Under the pieces are notes generated by a model. It was not told where the DNA came from. It saw only the letters and a list, made by a program, of their open reading frames with translations, and ran no database searches. Shown here one piece after another: positions 54,939 through 64,000 of a stretch of DNA of 64,000 nt (the first letter of the stretch is position 1; the number at the start of each line of letters is the position of its first letter). Position numbers and translations under genes: made by a program. Origin of the DNA: an uncultured Planctomycetota bacterium (GTDB lineage: Bacteria > Planctomycetota > Planctomycetia > Isosphaerales > Isosphaeraceae); NCBI GenBank assembly GCA_963823665.1, contig CAWGMQ010000010.1:1120001-1184000 (forward strand), written 5' to 3'.

Positions 54939-55221
54939 ACAGTGCGCATTCGCTTCCGCTCCGCGGCTCTACTTAGCTCGGGCGCAGCGGGACGGCCGTT
55001 GCGGTACGACAGCGATGATCGGGGCACAGCTCAGCCTCCGAGGCACCGGCTGTTTCCGTTATGCGCCGGAGATGCGAGAATGAGGCGATCGAGGAAATAA
55101 TGCACCTCGGCCGATTCTTTTTTCAGCACAGAAGAATTCTGGAGCAATCTCGTTCTCCGGGCACATTATCTTTCGTGAGCGCAAGGGCGAGGGATGAGGG
55201 CGGGGCCATCGGGGTATTCGC

Positions 55222-56646
55222 ATGGTGAGGAGCGAGCACTCGGTTCTCCGGCATATTCAGACGATCTTCGAATCGGGCACTGTCGGAGACTTGACCGACC
55301 GGCAGCTTCTGGAACGGTTTGTCGGGCGCGACCGTGATATGGCCGAATTGTGCTTCGCCGCGCTCGTCGAGCGGCATGGCCCGATGGTCTTGCGGACGTG
55401 TCAGTCGATCTTGCAGAACCGGCACGATGCGGAGGATGCCTTTCAGGCCACGTTTCTTGTGCTCACCCGTAAGGCGCGATCGCTCTGGATCCGGGACTCG
55501 CTCGGCCCATGGCTTTTTCAGGTTGCAAGACGCGTCGCCGGCTCTGCCCGGACTGAGTCGCTTCGGAGGCTCAATCGCGAGCGAGAAGCGGCCCAGGAAA
55601 CGGCGGAATCGGCGACCGAGACAGCGACCTGGGATGACCAGGGGGCGGTCGTTTGCGAAGAGCTGGGTCGCCTGCCGGATCGATACCGCGCGGCGTTTGT
55701 GCTTTGCGATCTCGAGGGGCTGACGCAGGAACGGGCGGCCGAGCTTCTGGGATTGCCGGCGGGCACCGTACGGAGCCGTCTGGCGCGAGCGCGAGAGCGG
55801 CTACGCGACCGATTGACGCGCCGTGGATTGGCTCCCACGGCATCCGCAGGATTGCCGTGGCTCACCGGAAATGCGGTTGCGCCGGCGGTGCCGGCCGCAC
55901 TTGTCGCGAACACTACTCGCGCCGCCGCGCAGCTCATCACGCAGCAAGTGGCGATGGGCTCAATGGGTTCCATTGGTGCATTAACGGAAGGAGTGCTGAG
56001 CGTCATGTTCTGGAACAAAGTGAAGCTGGTGTCTGGTGTCGTTCTTGCGGCTGGCTTGGTGGGAGGAACGGCGCTGCTGGCGAGCTGGCCGGCGGGCGAA
56101 GAGGAGGGGCCTTTGGCGGTGCAACAGGCCGAGGAAAAGGAGAAGAAGATTGCTGACGGCGAACCTGGTCGGGCGGGATCCGGTGCGCGAGAAGGCAGCG
56201 CATCAGCGGGCTTGACCCGCATTGGTCTGGCCCGGCTGGACGTCGCGAAGAAGCTCCGGGACGAAGAGTATCGCCGGTTTGTGGGGGACGGGCATCGGAC
56301 TTTCATGGAGTTTCTCGCCTGGCACAATCGGTATTACGATGTGATGGGCGAAGTGCTGGTCACGAGCGACGCGGACCGATTGAAGTTTCTCGAACACCGG
56401 ATGGCGAAGTTCAAGCGGCTGGAGGACTTCATCCGCGAAATGTTAAAGGGCGAGAATAAATTCGGGGGGTCGGATCTCCTCGCTGTGGAGCTTGATCGCC
56501 TGGACGTCGAATATCAACTGATGAAGTTGAGGGCAGCGATGCGGGCTGGAGGAGCCGGGCCGGCCGGCAAAGAGTCGAGCGAGCTGATGAAGTTCTTGAA
56601 CGAGGATTTGTGGACGCCGGAAGGGGCGGCAGCGGCGAGGCCGTGA
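55222..56646 (+). CDS. ECF sigma factor with long C-terminal extension
   Basis: TDRQLLERF, RHGPMV, EDAFQATFLVL, GTVRSRLARAR; divergent from its paralog. Confidence 0.92.
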   Translation: MVRSEHSVLRHIQTIFESGTVGDLTDRQLLERFVGRDRDMAELCFAALVERHGPMVLRTCQSILQNRHDAEDAFQATFLVLTRKARSLWIRDSLGPWLFQVARRVAGSARTESLRRLNREREAAQETAESATETATWDDQGAVVCEELGRLPDRYRAAFVLCDLEGLTQERAAELLGLPAGTVRSRLARARERLRDRLTRRGLAPTASAGLPWLTGNAVAPAVPAALVANTTRAAAQLITQQVAMGSMGSIGALTEGVLSVMFWNKVKLVSGVVLAAGLVGGTALLASWPAGEEEGPLAVQQAEEKEKKIADGEPGRAGSGAREGSASAGLTRIGLARLDVAKKLRDEEYRRFVGDGHRTFMEFLAWHNRYYDVMGEVLVTSDADRLKFLEHRMAKFKRLEDFIREMLKGENKFGGSDLLAVELDRLDVEYQLMKLRAAMRAGGAGPAGKESSELMKFLNEDLWTPEGAAAARP

Positions 56647-56829
56647 GCTTTCGGCAGCTCGGTGTTCACGGAATGTTCCGACCCACGCATTGCTGCTGGC
56701 CTTCTGGCTCCGATGAGCCGGCGATGGTACACTGACCTGGTCAGATGCGACGAGTCTCTGACCGAGGTATTCCGGGTGATTGTCACGCGGGACATCGTAA
56801 GCTAGTGGCAACGCGGGGGAGGGGCGTTC

Positions 56830-57102
56830 ATGGCGTCGGCAGATACGATCCGTGCTGCATGGCAGGCTCAACCATTCCAGCCATTCGCGCTGCGGCTTGT
56901 TGATGGGACGCAGTATGAGGTTAACGGCCGGGAATGGCTTTCGCTTCCGCCGTCGCCACGGGCCAGTGAGGTTCTGTACTACGTCGCCGTACCGGGTGAG
57001 CCCGATCGGTTTCAACACCGATTTATCGACCTCAATCTGATAGCCGAGGTGATTCTCACGAGTCCGGCCAAGCCGGGACCTCCGGCGAACGGGCCCACGT
57101 GA
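56830..57102 (+). CDS. Small hypothetical protein
   Basis: GGAGG RBS; QPFQPFALRLVDGTQYEV motif. Confidence 0.75.
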   Translation: MASADTIRAAWQAQPFQPFALRLVDGTQYEVNGREWLSLPPSPRASEVLYYVAVPGEPDRFQHRFIDLNLIAEVILTSPAKPGPPANGPT

Positions 57103-57185
57103 GGCGATGCGTGCCGAGAAGGCGTTGCTCGCGGTGCCCCGGCGAGTCCGCACGAAACGCTTCCTCACAAACGCGCAATCACCGG

Positions 57186-59273
57186 TCACCGCGGCGGACT
57201 CAGCTTCAGGAACGGTGAGCCGCTTGAGTAGAGGAAGCCGTTTCCTGGGTAGTATGACGAGACGATGTGGTGAGCTACGGCTGAAAGTCGCATGTTCATG
57301 TGCGCGGTTCCGGATCTCAGTTTGAGCTTCCTGAAATGGTATGTCCCGAGGCTGAGGGTGACGGTACCTGTGGGAACGCCGGCCGCGGGATCTACCGGCG
57401 ATACAATCACCGTGAGGCCGACCCATGGCGTGCCGTCGGTGAGGAATCGCCTGGCGAAGACCTGGGTCGTGGTTGCCAGATTCGGCGCGACGATTTCGAC
57501 GAGCGGAGTTGAAGAACTTTTTGCGAGCACGAGTGTGCCGTCGTAGTTAGCCACGATCGGGTGCGGTCCGTTTGTTGTAAACGGCACCGTGAGCGTGGCC
57601 ACGCCCTGTCCATCGACGGGTACGGTTCCCAGGGCCTCGTTGGTGGACTGGTCGAGGAACGTCACCGTGCCGCTCGGGGCCGGCAAGCCCGGTCCCTGAG
57701 GCGTGACAATCGCCGTGAAGGTCACGGGAACCCCGGGCGAGACGGGATTGGCGGAGCTATAGAGTACTGTAGCCGTGGGCGCAGGTGCCGTGACGACGGT
57801 CTGCGTCAGCGTGGAGGACAGCCGTGCTTCGGTGTTCCGATCGCCGTTGTAGAGTGCGGCGATCGTGTAACTGCCTGGTGGCAGGTCCTTGACCGTCAGT
57901 GTGGCGCTGCCTGCCGGGTTCATTGGAACGGTGCCGAGTATCAGGCCTGGAAAGGCCGGCGACGATGACGTTGCAGGAACGATCACCTCGAATGTCACGG
58001 TGCCGGTCGGTATGGCCTGGCCGTTTGGTGCTGGGGTGAGATCTGCCTCGAGCGTGATGTCCTGGCCGACCGTGCTCATCGTTGCCGAAGAGCTGAACGT
58101 GATCGACGGCTGGGAGGATTCGGCGTAGTTCACGATGTCGGCGTCGGTCACAGGCGTCACTTCCTGTGCGCCTTCGAGGGTATTGATCGTGTTGACGATG
58201 GCCTGCGTGAAAAGTCCCTGCACGATCGTGCCGGGGTGGAAGCCATCGCCGATGAAGCCGTCGGTGTAGTCCTGGCCGGCGCCCTCCATGTTCACGGTCA
58301 CGCCATCGATGACGGGGTCGGCGATGAACTGGTCGATGATCGTGGTGGAGTTGATCAGGCCGACGGCCGGATTGCCCTGGTACGTCGTTGCGAGATTCAG
58401 GTCGAGTGCGTCGATCTTCTCACCGATGATCATCTGCAAGGCGGGCAAGGCGCTGCCGGCTTCGTCCTGGATCAGCGGAGCCACGGTGATGTTGGGGGTA
58501 GTGATCACCACGAACTTGATGTTTGGGTTTCCGGCTGCGGTGGCGGCAGTTTGAATCGTATTGATGGCAGAGGAGATTGCGTTTTCGATATTCGTGTTGG
58601 CGGTGTCGAAGACACTCGTGTCGAGCTTGTTGGTTTGGTCGGTGTAGGCCGCGAGGGCGGCGTTGTAGTCGTTGGCACCGATCAGGATGGTTACCACGTT
58701 GATCTGGCCGATCGGGATGTCGGGACTGATCTGGGTGACGAGCCCGGGCGTGGGGTCTACTCCTTGGGAGAACTCGGGGGGAATTCCGTTGTATTCCTCC
58801 TCGAAGGTGGTGGCTGTTCCGGAGACGTCGGGTCCCGAGGCGGTTGTGCCGTTCTCGGCCCAGTTCTCCTGGTAACCCTGGTTTCGGGTCATGCCACGCG
58901 ACGCGGTCGTGAAATTGCCGAAGGAGAGCTGCGAGGAGAGAGTGGCTCCGATCTGTTCGACGAAGTTGCGGGCGGTGTCGCGGCCGGTGAGGTAGATGTT
59001 CGGGGGGAGGGTGCTGGCTTCAGAGGCGAGAATGGCCGGGTAGGACGGAAGGGTCGGGGTGGCGGCGCCGTAGAACTGGTATTCGTCGGTGAGGCTGTCG
59101 CCAAGGGAGGCGATGATGAGGGGCGCGGAGGCGTCTGCGAGGAGGGTGCGGGGTTCCATGGGCTCGAGTGAGGGGCGGAGGCGGCGGCGAGCGGGTTGAA
59201 TTCGATCTCCGGTATTGAGTCGATGGGGTTCCGGTGCGGCTGCGTTGGGCCACGCTCTGAGCTTCTGAATCAT
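57186..59273 (-). CDS. Secreted SGNH/GDSL hydrolase with Ig-like repeats
   Basis: LEPMEPRTLL motif; GDSL, GAND, DGFHP; three PTGTVTF-type Ig-like repeats. Confidence 0.88.
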   Translation of the reverse strand: MIQKLRAWPNAAAPEPHRLNTGDRIQPARRRLRPSLEPMEPRTLLADASAPLIIASLGDSLTDEYQFYGAATPTLPSYPAILASEASTLPPNIYLTGRDTARNFVEQIGATLSSQLSFGNFTTASRGMTRNQGYQENWAENGTTASGPDVSGTATTFEEEYNGIPPEFSQGVDPTPGLVTQISPDIPIGQINVVTILIGANDYNAALAAYTDQTNKLDTSVFDTANTNIENAISSAINTIQTAATAAGNPNIKFVVITTPNITVAPLIQDEAGSALPALQMIIGEKIDALDLNLATTYQGNPAVGLINSTTIIDQFIADPVIDGVTVNMEGAGQDYTDGFIGDGFHPGTIVQGLFTQAIVNTINTLEGAQEVTPVTDADIVNYAESSQPSITFSSSATMSTVGQDITLEADLTPAPNGQAIPTGTVTFEVIVPATSSSPAFPGLILGTVPMNPAGSATLTVKDLPPGSYTIAALYNGDRNTEARLSSTLTQTVVTAPAPTATVLYSSANPVSPGVPVTFTAIVTPQGPGLPAPSGTVTFLDQSTNEALGTVPVDGQGVATLTVPFTTNGPHPIVANYDGTLVLAKSSSTPLVEIVAPNLATTTQVFARRFLTDGTPWVGLTVIVSPVDPAAGVPTGTVTLSLGTYHFRKLKLRSGTAHMNMRLSAVAHHIVSSYYPGNGFLYSSGSPFLKLSPPR

Positions 59274-59751
59274 GTCCGTGACCTCGATGGTATTCGGCGC
59301 GGGTTGTGGTCGGTGGGCCGAACACGTTGGGGCGGCAAAGCCGATGCTCGATTTTTGCAAGCATAGAACACGCCTTTTTGAGTGAGGGCAAATTTATACC
59401 CTTGCAATCGCAGTTTCGGAGTAATACGATCAGCCGGCTGAGTCGTAGCCGCGCATCATGGTCGTGCCATCCGGCAAAGTTCGGGTTCGAGCGTCGCGTC
59501 GAAGCACCCCGTCTCATCATCGATCGCTTCGCGACTCTTCTTGCTTCGGTTCGTCCCCCGTATGGAGGGCGGCCAGGACAATACTCGTGCCTTCATTTTC
59601 TGATCCCGATCTGCGGGCATCGTTCATTCCCGGTGAGCGCACATCTTCGAGTCGAACCCTGACGGGGGATTCTTTGTTTTCCCTCAAGAAATGCTGTCGA
59701 TCCAGGGTTCAAATCACAACATGCCGGTCGATTCATAGTGAGACGTAACGC

Positions 59752-62700
59752 ATGCGGAAATCGAGATGGAGCAGTACCAGCAACCATGGGCCCAAACGCG
59801 AACGGCCGGTTTCCCGGCTGGTTCTGGAGTTACTCGAGGAGCGTTGCCTGCTTGCGACGAATATCACGCAATATCACGTTGACTCCCAGTCGACCGGGGC
59901 CGACCTGACCGAAACGCAATTGACGCCCTCGAACGTCAATGCCGCCGATTTCGGCCAACTGTACCAACACCCCATTGGACGGCCAGGTCTATGCGGAGCC
60001 CCTGGTTCTGACCAACGTCACCATTGCGGACGGCCCGAACACCATTGGCACGCCCGGCACGTATGATTCGGTCGTTTTTGTCGCGACTGAAAACGACTCC
60101 CTCTACGCCATCAACGCCGCCAGCGGCGCGATCCTCTGGCAACGCACGTTCCTGGATACCACGAACTCCAACGACTCTCTTCCCGGTGCGACTTCCGTTT
60201 CCACGGTTTCAAGCAACGACGTCAGCTCAGACGATATCTACCCCGAAATCGGCATCACCGGCACGCCGGTAATCGACGCGTCCACGAACATCCTCTACGT
60301 CTCCGTTGCCACGAAGGAACTCGTCGGCACCACGACCCATTTCGTGCAGCGGCTGCACGCCATCAATGTTGGCGATGGCACCGACGCGGCCCCGTCTTTC
60401 CTCACGGGCGACACGACAAACGATAACACCAATAACACGCCGATCTACGTGAGCGGCACGGGCGACGGCAATGTCGGGGGCGTGGTTCAGTTCAACGCGT
60501 TGCACGAGGCCGATCGTCCAGCACTCAGCCTGGTCAACGGTATCGTCTATGAAGAATGGGCTTCGCACGGCGACGTCGGCCCTTACCATGGCTGGGTCGT
60601 CGCATGGAACGTCACCGATTTGTCGACGAAGGGGATGGTTCTTTCCGGGGTATTGTGCACGGACCCGAATGGTGGCGAAGGGGGCATCTGGGGCGGTGGA
60701 GGCGGACTCACCTTCGATCCCGACGAGAACCTTCAACGGGCAACCCGCTTTTTACTTTGAAACCGGCAACGGCGACCCCCGCGGCGGCAATCCGCCGCTC
60801 GATAGCAATGGTTTCCCCGCCGACGATGACTACTACGAATCCCTAGTCAAGGTCGAGGCCGATCCGACCACCACCGCGGCCAACCAGAATTCCAATGGCT
60901 GGGGCCTGAAGATCGTCGACTACTTCACGCCCTACAACGTGAATGCGCTCGACGACGCCGACGAGGATTTCGGCTCCGGCTCGCCCCTGGTGCTGCCCGA
61001 CTCGGCCGGCATCCCGGGCCATCCGCACCTTATCGTGGCCGCAGGCAAGCAAGGCACGATCTATCTGATCGACCGCGACGACATGGGGAAGTTCAACGCC
61101 AACGACGACAACGTGCTGAACTCGGTATCGAACCCGGTCACCGGCATAACCACCCCGCCCGTGCTGATCAATGGATCCCTGAGCACGCCGGCCTACTATC
61201 ACGGCACGCTTTACTGGGTGGCGGGCTACAACAGCAATGCCTGGTCGTACATTGTGGCCCCCAACCCGGCGCCGGACCCGCCCACCGTTCCCGTCGCTAC
61301 CCTCGAGCCAACCTCGGAAACAGCGAACAACAATTTCGGCTATCTTCCCGGATCGGTGATGATTTCGGCCGACGGGAGTGAGGACCCTGCGGGCGGCATT
61401 GCCTGGATTATGGACCTCAACAACGACGAACTCCATGCCTATAGCACCCTGTCTCTCAGCACCGAATTGTGGAACAGCGGGCCGGGCAGCATCGCAGGGG
61501 TCAAGTTCGCGGTGCCGACGGTGGCCAATGGCCAGGTATTCGTCGGGACGCAGAACAGCGTGCAAGTCTTCGGGATCACGGGACCGAGCACGCCGGCCCA
61601 GGCGCCCAACGCTCCGAGCAACTTGAGCGCACAGACGCTATCAGGCTCGGCCATCCAATTGAACTGGACCGACGGCACGGCCTCGCCGAACTTCGCCACC
61701 AGCTACGCCATTCAGGAATCCTTGAATGGCGTGAATTACGCCACGGTGGCCAACGCCGGCCAGGAGTCGACGAGCTACACGGTCACCGGCCTGAACCAGA
61801 ACACGACTTATCATTTCCAGATCGTGGGAAGTAATTCGGCTGGTTCATCCGGCCCTTCCAACTTCACGACGGCCACGACGACCAACCAGACGGGCCAGAC
61901 GCCGACTGCCCCCCAGGGCCTTGGCGCCACGCCTGCCAGCGGTTCGGAAGTCTATCTGACCTGGACCAACACGGCTACCAACGAGAACCGGCTTCACCCT
62001 GACGCGCACGACGAACGCCCTGTTCACGCAAAACGTCGTCACCGAGACGCTTGCCTCGGCACCTTACTACTACACGGACGGGGCCGCCGGCCTGAGCCCC
62101 GGCCAGACCTATTACTACAAGCTGCAAGCCAGCAACTCTTCCGGTTCTTCGAGCATCTCGAACACGGCGTCGGTGAACATTCCCAATGTGCCGCCAGCGC
62201 CCTCGGGCGCCATGGCCGTGCAAAGCGGCAACACGATCGTGCTGAGCTGGACCGACCACGCCGGACCGTTTGCTCTGGGCTACCAGATTTCCCGATCCGT
62301 TGATGGCGGGCCCTATGCCATCTATGCCGATCGGCCCGAGACCAGCGATTCCCCTCCCTCGACGCAAACATTCACGGATACCAATGTTCCCTTGGGCCAC
62401 ACTTACAGCTACGAAATCGTGGCGGAAAACGTTTCCGGTTTCAGCGCTCTCGCGTACGCCACGGTGAGTGTGCTCGGCACTGCCACCGTGTCGCTCGATC
62501 ACGCGGGCAAGCTGTTACTCACGGTTGCTCCGGGCGCTCCAGACCGGCTCAGCATCCGGCTCGCGAACGGCATCTACACGCTTGCGGACCCGGCGGTGAC
62601 CATTGCAGTGACCGGCGCGGGAGCGGGTTTCGTCACCACAGCCGGTACTTCCACGGTGACCATCCTGGCCACCCATGTGACGGCCATGACGCTGGACACC

Positions 62701-64000
62701 TCCGACGATAACATGGACACCATCCGCATCATTTCCGACGCCGTTCCCATCACCATCACTGCCGATTCCGGTGGCGGCAAGCCTGTCATCGACCTCGGCG
62801 ACCCGGCGAAGAATGAATTGATCAGCGGCACCATCACCAACGCGGGCAACGGCGCTCTGTCGATTTCAGGCTCGGGCACGACGATCATCACCGGCAATCT
62901 CATTTCTCAGGGGAGCGGGGGCGTCACCCTGGCTGGCAGTGGCACCATCAAGATTGCCGGCAGCATCAACCTGGGCCCGGCGGGCAACCTCATCGATTCC
63001 GGTTCCGGCCCGGCGACGATCAGCGGCACCATCATCGGCGAAGCCACCTCGGGGCTCGACCATGCCCAGGGACTCACCGGCAGGTATTTCAACCTGAACG
63101 CGGCCCAGAACCTGATCCAGCCCGCTGACGCGGGCAATTCTGCCTGGCTGGGAAATCAAACCCCGGTCGTGACCGCGCAACTCGCCGGGCCGATTGACTT
63201 CCCGGACATCGCGGACAATGGGTTCGCGGATAGCGTGGGCAACCCTGCCTACTACAATCTCGGCGCCGGCAACAATAACAACGTCGAGGCGCGCTGGTAT
63301 GGGCAGATTTTGATCCCTGGCACGGGCACCGCTCCGGTACCCATTAACTTCGCGACCACCAGCGACGACGGCAGCATGCTTTACATCGATGGCAATGCGG
63401 TGGTTAACAACAACAATTTTCAGGGGGCCACGCAGGCAACAGGCATGGCGAATCTGACCCCGGGCGTCCACAACATTGACGTCGAATACTACCAGGGGGG
63501 CGGCGGCGCCACCATGGACGCGCAGTGGGACCCCTCGGGCGGCACCAACTTTGTGGATATTCCCAATTCGGCCTTTTCCAGTATCGAGTCCGTTAACGGC
63601 GTGACAATGAATGGTACCGGCACGTTGACCCTCTCCCATTCCAACACTTACTCCGGGTCAACCACGATCAATTCCGGCACCCTGGTCGCGGCCGCGAATG
63701 GCGCCATGGGACCGGCCACTGCCGCAGGCATCTTCGTGAATGCGGGCGGCGCCCTGGCATTTACCGGCGGCGTTTACTATTCCATTGCGGAACCGATTAC
63801 CATCAGCGGCTCCGGTCCGGCCGGCGAAGGCGCCATCGAGAATCTGAGCGGCGCGAACACGCTTGCCATCCCGGTCACCGTGCCCGGCACGGCGGTGATT
63901 GGCTCGGTTGCCGGCAGCATGATGTTCGCCAGCAATATCACTTGCCAGGGTACGGGCGTTACCCTCACTGGCGCCGGCGCGATCCGCGTCGCCGGCAATA
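59752..64000 (+). CDS. Large surface protein: LEPRxLL motif, PQQ-like propeller, FN3 repeats, PA14 domain, autotransporter-type beta-strand repeats (frameshifts near 59965, 60733, 61985; runs off the window)
   Basis: LELLEERCLLA; LDGQVYAEPL...VATENDSLYA; APSNLSA...LNWTD; TSDDGSMLYIDG...EYYQGGG; GTGTLTLSHSNTYSGSTTINSGTL. Confidence 0.85.

Noticed and set aside
33358..62303. Programmed frameshifting or mass pseudogenisation of kinases, ECF sigma and the surface protein
   Set aside because: Scattered single-base indels in otherwise intact genes are better explained by long-read error
1..64000. CRISPR array or cas genes
   Set aside because: No regularly spaced repeat-spacer array; periodic repeats are coding (YD, TPR, WD40)
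1..64000. Diversity-generating retroelement or retron suggested by duplicated segments
   Set aside because: No reverse transcriptase ORF, and differences between duplicates are not adenine-specific

Overview
GC-rich accessory region, most likely from a Planctomycete (Isosphaerales-like). This is inferred from the TIGR02999-type ECF sigma/Ser-Thr kinase pairs, long C-terminally extended ECF sigmas and LEPRxLL-motif surface proteins. Many long genes contain single-base frameshifts, so uncorrected long-read indels are probable and pseudogene calls are provisional. Ordinary content: TPR and WD40 Ser/Thr kinases, ECF sigmas, two glycosyltransferases, IscU, an Rhs protein, an SGNH hydrolase, a large surface protein and tRNA-Ala(TGC). 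Main observations: (1) tandem integrase-less mini-islands bounded by 3' fragments of tRNA-Ala and tRNA-Leu(CAA); (2) a dispersed palindromic site AGCGCCTGG-N7-CCAGGCGCT that mimics the tRNA-Ala D/anticodon arm with a different spacer; (3) a small protein + retropepsin-like protease gene pair present three times beside tRNA-Leu fragments, a candidate TA-like module; (4) a 4.4-kb IS21-family element with a 6-bp TSD carrying ParB-like and Zn-finger genes; (5) an Rhs HExxH toxin tip out of frame at a C9 tract; (6) an ORF-less group II intron remnant and REP-type repeats, some inserted in frame in genes. All family assignments are from motif recognition, not database searches.
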